From assembly GCF_023055435.1 (NCBI RefSeq), contig NW_025964112.1, positions 32,302,001 through 32,366,000 on the forward strand: 64,000 bases of DNA, in the 5' to 3' direction. Shown here in pieces: positions 40,128 through 50,300 of this stretch. The notes below the pieces were generated by a model. It searched no databases, was not told where the DNA came from, and saw only the letters and a program-made list of their open reading frames with translations. The DNA is from Haliotis rufescens. Taxonomy: Eukaryota. The position numbers and the translations under genes were made by a program. Numbering within the stretch: the first letter of the stretch is position 1; every line of letters starts with the position of its first letter.

Positions 40128-41960
40128 TTAATCTCAGTCACACTCCGTGCATGTATTGCTCAGTCTATCCAGAGGACCATGACAATATACAGGTTGTTTA
40201 GAGGTCATTATCAACTGTCAGGTATTTTTATTACGATATTTTAGTACTAGTTTATACAGATCTGTCATGCAAACACATGGATTATTTTCCATTGTTTGTG
40301 AATGCAATGTATTTGTTACATTGAACTAAAAAGGTTGGGTCTCAGGCAATAGCTTATGAGAACTTGTGTGTGTTAGGTGACTACATTACTACTAAGCCTT
40401 GGCTATATTTCTGAAGAAAAAGTGTTGAAATATTTTGATTGTTATTTTTATTACAAAATAATTAGTTTTATGACAATTAGGGGTGTATCACATGTTAATG
40501 CATTGCACTGCTTGTCAGTGGTCCTGTTTGAAATGTAATGGGGTTTTTTCACAAAAACATGTTTCTCTTACACTCAGATTAGCAATATTAGCTATGCAAG
40601 CCCAACAATTTAGTCATGTAGAAATGTACTTAATAGGTTAAGGAGTTACTAGATAAATATATTTCATAAACTATGTGTATATTTTGTCAGCACTTTAGTG
40701 TAGATTTCACTGCCAGTACTTAACTTGAACACCATGATCACTATGCAGTTTCTAGGTGGTATGTTTTCTGATATCCTCGTATTATGGATTTTCGGACGCT
40801 CAAGAAACATTAATTGTTTTTTCGCTAATCACATGAACAACTGTAAAACATCTCACTCACTTATAGAAGACAACTTGATCTTAAAAACTAGCCATCATCC
40901 GAGTATGCAGCGGGAGTAGTCATGATAAACATGGCCGCCCAGAAAATATATCATTCCGACAATACTATGAATTAAGTACATTTGTTTTGCAGCATGTGGA
41001 ACATACTGTCTATATCCTGTTTACATACTTTAACTGAAGGAGTTCTCCCAGTGAGCCATGTGTGGAAGCTGCTGTAGATTGCTCTTTGTGCTGTTCCTGA
41101 AATGGTTCCTGAACTGTGGTCTGCTTTATGAAGTGGCCATCAGTTGAACTGACATTGCAAAATCTTACTGATACAATATGTTGACCAGGCCACAATGAAT
41201 TAATTGTTCAACTTTCATCCAAGTTTGTTTTAAAATGTTTTATTTTTTTCATGTCTTATTTGTTTGAAAAGCTGTTGAAGGCATCAGAAATATGGTTCAC
41301 ATGAAGCATGAATGGTTGGTAGATGTATGTATGTATGTATGTATGTTGTGGAGTGCATCAAGTAAATAAGGATGGAAACTCACACAGGGCATTGTCAGTA
41401 CTTTGGGATAATAAAATGATGAGATGTGTTTGGTAATGAGCGGGCAAGGATGAAAATCTAGTAATTAGTTTATTATGGCCTAAAGTGAAGCGTTTTAGAA
41501 GCGCTCCAAGAGCCCTTTATCAATTAGCATCAAATAATGTTAAATATCTATACAAACAGGAAGAGTCATGTCAGTTCAATGGTCATTTGTGGATGCAGAT
41601 GTCTTTTCATTATCCATCTGAATGTCAGTGTTCAAGTGGATAGAAGCAGATCTACAGAGACATCACTCAGAAGTTGGCACCAAGTCATCCATCAGGCCAT
41701 CTGCACAGGATTAGCTCCGGATGTTCTCTGAAGGCACATCCATACGAGTGCTTACTGATCTGCATTTTCGCAAATCATACAGTTAGTTCCTTGGGGCACA
41801 GACTGAAATGTCTTATGTACGTAAAACATGTCCTCAGGTGCGGTTGTTTTCTGACTAAGACAAACCGGTCTAGCACTTTATTTTTAAAGTTGCTATTTAC
41901 AATTGTTCATGACACTGTTTACAGGGTTTATGTGGGAATTAGCAATATCATTGTTGATTA

Positions 41961-42339
41961 GGCTAAAAAACATAATAGTCTTGGTTCTCAGGCACTGCCT
42001 GCATCATCGTAAAGTCTGCTGCTGTTTCGTTTTTATTTCCATTTAATTTTTTTTTAAGAAATCCTGATACTTAATAACAATGCAAGCCAGTTAGCATGCA
42101 GTTACTTCCCTTTACATGCACACTGTTTTACTGCACATCTTGTGTTATGGTCATGGCAGCAATAGGAGTTTGTGTGCTTGTTTATGTAGGGAGGCCCTGT
42201 CCCAGGTTTATGGTACACAACTTTTTTGGGGGGGTTACATACTAGTTTGAACAAGCCCCCAAAAAGAAAACCACCACCCACCTGCGCTATATTTTCGAAA
42301 GTAATTGCCTGAGAACCAAATATTTTATTTTTTTAAGCC
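41961..42339. mobile_element. PIF/Harbinger-type MITE (copy 2, inverted relative to 419-776)
   Basis: GGCTAAAAAA...TTGGTTCTCAGGCA / TGCCTGAGAACCAA...TTTTAAGCC; TTA TSD. Confidence 0.8.
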
Positions 42340-42845
42340 TTATGTATGCATAGTCTTGAATCTGACATTGATTTGTACATAGTAACTTGTTGTAGATACT
42401 TTTTAACTAATTGAATGTCATGGTATGTTTGTGGATAGGTGTCATTCGTCAAGAAATGAGGTACTTGCAGATGAATGTGGACCTGCATCAACATGTCTGT
42501 GAAATACAATAAACACGGATGAGAATGGGGTTGGTTTTTTTAAAAACACTGAAAGTTAGTCAGGGGTCTGGGAGACTAAATGATTATACGTACATTGTAA
42601 TGGCATGAATAACAAAAGTGACCCTCGACATAACGAGGTCCATGGTAAATTCTCATCCCTGAGTACATCCACAGAGGTTTCAGATGAACTAGTGCTAATG
42701 TAATAAAATCTTTGCATCTTCATTTCCACATTTGAGATATCTTTATTGAAACTATTAGACCAATGTATAAGAACTTTGCATGATGACCCCTCAATATTGT
42801 ATCTTCAAGTGTGCCAAAATCATTGAAACAAATCTATGAAACGGC

Positions 42846-43349
42846 TTGAACCATCTTCCCGAGGCAAGGGCATTAACTGACCATAAAAGTTCAGTTTCCA
42901 CCCTTGCCGAACTAGGATGGAATTTCTAGGCTCGATTGTAGCGCCACCAGCTATTTCAAGTCATGTCCCTCCTATTGAACAATAAGGTTCCATCTTGCAT
43001 ATCACTTGCATTTGTATAAAATGGCGACACCTTTTCAAGACAATCTGATCGATAATAAATCTCTATTTTGTATTAAAATGAGTCTTACCCTGCGAAGTGC
43101 ATCAAATCACTTGAGCACCTTGATTAAAAACATGAAAAGATTTGCAAATATCTGTTGATGCCAGGTTGGCGGTACACTTGCTTTGCAAATCCTGCAGTCG
43201 TCTGAAATCTGCATGAAGAAATCCATGTTGTTTACAAACCGGTTGTCTAGTTCGTTTCACAATTTTTTGTCTCATTAGTCCAGCCAAAGTGTAACTCACG
43301 AAACTAGACTTGTTCGGCAACGCCCTTTCCTCGGGAAGATGGGTTTGAA
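42846..43349. mobile_element. MITE-like element
   Basis: Inverted termini CCATCTTCCCGAGGCAAGGGC / GCCCTTTCCTCGGGAAGATGG. Confidence 0.55.
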
Positions 43350-44137
43350 CGTAATGACATTTTTGGCTTAACTGTTTGCAAACATGTAACCAAATCTGTC
43401 AATATCATGCAATGGATTCCCCGAGTTCACCAGAGTTCTAGCATTGGTGAAAGTTGATGGCTATCTTTAGTGGAGCACACACAAAAGGATGTCTGTCAGG
43501 GCTTTGCATACACATTTTCTATTGTAACAGTTTCAGTAAAAGAATTTAATATTGTGTTTAAATGGAAATTTGTACACAACAGTGAACTTAATAGCTGGAC
43601 TTTGTGACATTCAAATTGATTATTTCCATCACAGCTATTTCGGACCTCATCTTTTCTCAGGACTTCTGTGACTTTCATCAGCCTATCAGTGACTTCTTCT
43701 CACAATAGCTCTGACAGAAACTGTTGAGTAATGGTACACGCTAACCTTGTTGCTTTTGCAGAAACATACAGTATGCATGAACAGTCAAGCATGAATACTC
43801 TTTCCATGAAAAAATACTGAATTATTTTTAAAGGCAAGCAGGTGTCAGTTTTAGTTTTGTTACATTATATTTTATTGTTGTTTGTGAGGGAACTGAAATG
43901 TTACTGGTAAGTCACATCGGCACTATTTTAGCCATACTGTGATGTTGTTTGTGTATGTATTGTGGGTTACATGTATTATTTTATTTGTGTCTTGTCTGTG
44001 GCTTTAATTAAAGTCGAGTCTGACAGTAAAACCCTTGTGTTGCTTAATATGGTTTATGTTATGAAAGATGAGTAAACCTGACCCATATGGAGTGTAATGC
44101 AGAAAAGGCCCCCTCTTGTCCAGAATCATGAAATGTA

Positions 44138-44505
44138 TGAGCGGCCATTCGGTCAAAAAATACAAAGTTGAAAAAAGGACAAAAGTACGCAATTAAGGTC
44201 AAATATTACGAATAAAGAACTAAATGTTACTACTAAATTTCTTTATTGAAAACGTCCTTTCGTGCACACTGACGTTCTTTTGTACACATTGTTCTTTCTT
44301 TTCTTATGACGTCTTTTCGTAACATTTGACTATTAATATTGCATACTTTTGACATTTATTTCAACTTTGTATGTTTAACCCTCGTCTGTTTGTTTTGTAT
44401 TTTGACCTTTAGTAGTAACATTTAGTTCTTTATTCATAATATTTGACCTTAATTGCGTACTTTTGTTCTTTTTCAACTTGTATTTTTTGACCGAATGGCC
44501 GCCCC
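44138..44505. mobile_element. Foldback MITE with ~100-bp TIRs, TA TSD
   Basis: GCGGCCATTCGGTCAAAAAATACAA...CTACTAAA is a near-perfect inverted match to TTTAGTAG...TTGACCGAATGGCCGC. Confidence 0.8.
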
Positions 44506-45559
44506 TAGAAATGGCATGAGGCTGTTCTTGTCCTAGGAGCCTACTGTTGGGGATGAGCAATGTGTGACCTGTCAAGGTGGTCGTTGCCCCTGTCATTAAA
44601 CACTGGCTTGCCAGGACCAGATCTTATCAGATTTACCGGCTGCTGATTGTGCTGAAAAACAACACTGACTCACTCCATCTACTATCAGGCTCTCCGCCTG
44701 TGAATCTCGATCGGGGTAAGAATTGGTCTTCAGCAACCCATGGGATGGGTGGTCAGACTCGCTGACTTGGTTGATGCATGTCATCGTATCCCATTTGCAT
44801 TGATCAATGCTCATGTCATTCACTGGATTATTTATAGACTGCGGTAATATAACTGGACTGTTGCCGAGTGAGGCGTCAAACAAACAGCTGTCATGCTCTA
44901 GCAGTCGATGACCTAAGTTAGAGGAGTGAGTGAATTTGATTTGACACTAGTATTCCAGTTATAAAACCTTGAAGGAAAAGGATGCATCCTCTTTGTGGTT
45001 AAATGAACTTGACATCTAACGGTGCACTTGCCATTCTGCAACTGATATGAGGTCACAATATTTCCATCATATATAGTCAAAAACTGAACTAAGCTCACTT
45101 AACTAAAGCTTATCTGTTTATTGGTAAACAGAATGTACTATGATTAATGTAATCAATGATCTCTTATGATCAATGTAATCGGCGAACTCATTTCACTGTG
45201 CAGAATGTGCGTTGTGGAAACAAGTTATCCACATGTCGTTTAGACAATCCCTTGTAACAACAACTACATCCTCAAATCTCACTCTGGCAAGAAGACACTG
45301 CTTTAATGATTTTAGTTATTCAAATTTTCAAGGACTGTCAATAGGCCCTAGCCTAGCTCCCCTTCAACTAAGACGTGGTCACCAGGGTTCCTGCATGGTT
45401 TCCATCTTCTCTGAGACACAGCCGGAATCAAATACCAGCAGGGAAAAAACACCATCACTGACCATCATGGGAAATAATAAACATACGCAAACAAAGAACA
45501 GGTTTGCAACAGAACAATATTTTGATGTCCATAAAACATGAATTCATCATTTACAGTGT

Positions 45560-46400
45560 CAACACATGTCCTCCGTAAACATCATCTCAGGCTGAAAGTG
45601 GTGTGGGGGTCAATATTCGGTATTTGTCAACAGCACCTCACTGACAACACAAGGTGGTTGAGGTAGGCTTATGGATGTCTTCCATATCTGTCGCAGCTGG
45701 ACATCACCTGTTGGTTTGGAATTCAGCGTAAACAACTTTTCCTTTCATCCCACACATGTTCAGTTGGCGACAGATCTGGCGAAACATCAGGCCAAGGGAG
45801 TGATGGGATGTCCTATTGTCCAGTGAAGTATGTGACCACACATGCCAGGTGAGGGCGTGCATTGTTCTGCTGTAAAGTGATGTAATATCCATGGGTCGGT
45901 GTAATGTTCCATCCGACGTCAATAAACACAACCATCACTGTTGTCAAGATGAAGCCTGACTCATCTCTGAAGAGGATTATCCTCAGTTCTGTTACCTGAG
46001 CCTCACATTCTCTTGATCATTCCAGGCATAGAGTTCAATGACGTGGCAGCAAAATTGGCATACAGCTCGATTGGGCGGTCAGATGTTATGGCTCTTGTAA
46101 TCGATTGCCAGAGTCTGCACTAATCGGACAGGAGCTGAGGATGCTGCGGGCTGTCAAAGTTGCAGTTTGATACTGACGTCGCAGGTGAACCAGACGGATG
46201 TGATTATCTTGCCGACATGAAGTTACTAATGGGCATCCAGAAGGTGGTTGGTCCCTGTATGGCTTTAGATGAACATTGTATGCAATTCCGGTTTCAAGCA
46301 TTCCAACTGCACACAACAGCTCATTTTCAGAAAGATGTGGCATAAACATTTACAATGTGTGGTCGACAAAGTTGCTTTTCATGGTTAAAACACTTCAACT
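45560..46400 (-). mobile_element. Highly degenerate Tc1 transposase remnant related to 28063-29538
   Basis: MPHLSENELLCAVGMLETG...SGCPLVTSCRQDNHIRLVHLR; FRDES-like and PDL..TEHVWDE fragments. Confidence 0.75.
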
Positions 46401-46904
46401 ATTTACTCTGTGTTTGGCTTGAATGATAACACAGTGTTTGTACATGTGATTATCCCGCATGACTCTGAAAAATCCATGGCAACCTTACTTTCATGTTATT
46501 TTCTTTGGTGAACTGGAATTTTTTTTCCAAAAGTATATAAACCCTCATATCTTCACAGGTTTCAGTGGAAGTGTAGAAAATGCCCAATCACCTGATTCTC
46601 GAGATATGTAAACATTACAGATTTTAGTATGGCAAAAAATAAAAAGATATGGAGCTGCATAACAACTTACTGCCTATCAGCATTAATGGTGCAAGTATCG
46701 TTTAATTGAAAAATTATCGAAAATATTGTCACATTGTCATCAAAAGAGTTAACAATATCAATACCAATTCCAAGTATGGTATACATTTGGTCATACAATC
46801 TACAAAATCTGATTACAGTCTCAGCACACACTGGACATTCAACACATTACAACAGTACTACTGTGCAGTGATTATGTACACTGAATATGACTACAATCCC
46901 ATCT

Positions 46905-47308
46905 TCAGCTGGTGTCTTCTCCCAAGTCCTCACCACACTCAAACCTCACAAACTCCTTCACAGCTAAATGATTCTTCTTTAACATGTCCTTCACAGACAA
47001 GCTTGGGTTCATCAAGAACTCCTGGAAGATCAGTTTGTCTTCCTCATCTTTGCTCTTGCTGGGTTCATCCTCTTCCTTGCCGATGTGTCTGGGGTTCATG
47101 CCCACCACATGCTGGCCCAGCTGCCGACATGCCTCCTCACGGGTCAGGGGAGCCTCTTCCTCCTCACTTGAGGAGTCAGAGTCAGAGTCAGAGTCAGAAG
47201 AACTTGAAGAGTCTCGAGTGTCCTCTGACTCTACTGGCAGGTCTTGCAGCTCCAACAAGCTTCCAAACTTGCCCAACTTACATTCACTGTTTGTGTTGAT
47301 ATCTGGGC
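46905..47308 (-). CDS. TSFM: TSFM last coding exon
   Basis: ttgtag|(G)[18 protein letters not shown]...[11 protein letters not shown]...[18 protein letters not shown]; ATTAAA on minus strand at 46701-46706. Confidence 0.93.
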
Positions 47309-50300
47309 CTACAAGGACAACATGGATTTGTAAAAAATAGTGGGAGTGAATAATATTAAACTTTTATTTTCACAAGTCCGTAAAATCTATCTTTAGACTA
47401 GTTGATTCATGTTAATTTCGGACTTTGACTTCTTGGCAACAGATAGCTTTACCATTCATCTCGCCTAGATGAAAACCATTTTAAAACTAGAATTATTTTG
47501 TTCTGAGGTTTATCAAAAATATCATTTTCCAAGAAAAAGTCTAAATCTTGAGATGTCATCTTGATCTTAGATAAGATAGTATTCACACAGACTTTTCTCT
47601 GATCTGTTGCTACCTGGCATATATTTAAGATATAAAATATGTCTAGGCATCATCCCATTATCTTAGTGTAACAATTCGGGGCCTTACCATGATCAACAGT
47701 GGGTGCCGAGACATATTTAATTTCTATTATTGCCTGTATTGTCTTATTAGACTTAATGTTATGAGTGGGTGAGTGAGTTGGGTTTTAACGCTGCTTTTTA
47801 ATAGTATTCCAGTTATGTCATCAATGTGGGAGGAAAGTCCAAAGTGATGCAGGCCCACTTGCACAAAAAATCTTACATACAATTGATCTCAGGCGCCTGG
47901 AATCAACTTAACAATCACCATACAATTGTCTTATTCCACTTGCACAAACCGATCTTAGCACGATTGTAAGACGGCTTGGACTTAAGATCGCGATCTTAGC
48001 TACGATTGAAATCTTCAACGGTGGAGGTACAATTATCGTAAAATCGACTCCTGTCTACAGTTTTCGGCAAACGCGCATAGCTTGCTGCGCATACAGTAAG
48101 TGGAACTGGTACCGACACACAACACGTATCTCCCTCCATAGCACAGTTTTAAGAAAAGTCCCAATTATTTTAAGCAAACGATTACTAGAATGATGGCACA
48201 TATTTTTGTCGGCATTAATACTGTCGTGATTTTAGGAATTGTTTTGCATTGCAACTAGAAAAATACCTACTCATGTTTTATTAAAAATATTGAAATATGA
48301 ATACATTATTTAGAGACATAATTATTATGAAAAATAAGATAAATAATAATATGTCCTAACATACCACGTAAATGTATGATCTTCATCTATTTGGGGGAGC
48401 TTTTCGTAAAATCCTAAATATATCCTTCATGTTTTCATTTCATTGCTTATAACAAAGGATGTTGTGACTACCTTTAAAAAACAGAAAGACGGAGAATTTC
48501 AAGAATGCATGGACGGGAAGTAAGAATACTGAATAATGTTTTGAGAAAGCAGTTTAATATATAGTCACTAGGTATTAATTATATTGATAATTATTTTTAA
48601 AAAATTTCAAATGTCTCATCATGTGTATTTGCTTGTTTGATGAATGCTTGTATTTTTTTTCTTTTAAATTCAGATATTAATACCACTCGTCCCCGTCCAA
48701 CTCGATTTTAGATTTAAACGTGTATGATTTTGCTCTTCAACTTCTAGTTATTTGTAGATTAATTTAAAGATAAACAAAAGACAAAATAACTGACACTAAT
48801 GTGACCCAAAAGAAATATACGTGAGCTCAGCGATTCTACAACATTAATACACTGGGTATGGTAGATTGTACTCTACGGGCTTATACAAAGGGAAACCACT
48901 CCCATCTAGAGTATAAACTAAGATTGGCTGCCGTTGATTTATCCAAAAGGTCGCAGACGTTACAAATCGCTTGCTGACTACTTAGGTTTTTATCCTTCCC
49001 TTGATTAGCAAAAAGGTATGTTGTTTCACTCTTCTTTCAGCATTGAGTCAGGTTGGAATAGTACAATCAGCTATCGACTCGATAGTAATTTGGTTAACTA
49101 TCGCAATTAACGATATTTCTGGTGTTTTCTTCATGTTGTTGAAGTGTCGATTCAAATCATAAAGTTTAACAAAATAAAGAGGCAACATTTGAACATAAAG
49201 CAGATAATTTGTGTGAAACAAACCAAGTCTTGCATGCCATTTTGTCAAGTTTATTCAGGGACTACAACGATCTTAGCTACTTAAGATTGGTCCGGACCAA
49301 TTGTAAGTTTCGATTGTAGCTTGCAATGATCTTAGCCTACAATCACTTTGTGCAAGAGGATGGCGAATAAGCCAAAGCCTAAGATCGTGATCTTAGGGAT
49401 TTACAATAATTGTAATGCAAAGATCGCTTTGTACAAGTGGACCCAGGTCTTAGACCTTTACCATTTTGGTGAAACCCACAGGTAGTACCTGTGAGTGCTT
49501 GTGAGAGATATCCTCGCTCACAAATGACATTATTGACATGAAAGTTCATGTAACTCCCAGAAATAGTAGCATTATGTAGCACCTCACTCACGGTTGGCCC
49601 GGATACAGTGACTTGTGTACCGTTGAGATAACTCTGTTACAGGGGGGGCACAGGACAACATATGGCACAGTCTGTTGTCTATAAGATCTCGGATCCAACC
49701 ATGATAGCATACCGAATATGGAGACATTGTCACCATGGCCCCTACACACCTGACACATGGTTTGTTTGTTGTTTAACGCTGCACTCAGCAATATTCCAGC
49801 TATATGACGGAGGTCTGTAAATAATCAAATCTAAACCAGACAATTCAGTGATTGACATCATGAGCATCACTCTACGTAATTGGTGTACAATGACATGCAT
49901 CAACCAGGTCAGCAAATTTGACCACACGATCACATTAGTGGCCTCTTACGACAAGCATAGTCGCCTTGTACGGCAAGCATGGGTTGCTGAAGACCTATCC
50001 TAACCCAGAGATTCACAGGTCACCTGACACATGGACGAAGGATGACAGGAAGTTGTTGTCTGCAGCCCGAAGGTGAACAGCTCTACGCAGGGACATGTTT
50101 TCTCCGACACTGCCCACCTCAAGGGCAACCAGATCAGCCAGAGTCTGACCCTCTCCTGCCTGGAGATCTCGGAGAGCTGTGCCATCCATGCTTACCTGCA
50201 AAGTCACAAAGGACACTGTGAACACTATTATCACTTTATTAAATGCAAGAAAATGTCAATATATTTTGTCATAGTTCTTGAACTATTATTTTGTGAGACA

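Noticed and set aside
46706-47340. Plus-strand ORFs of 197 and 118 aa; also minus-strand 61779-62141
   Set aside because: Antisense shadows of the TSFM last exon and the CASC3 acidic exon.
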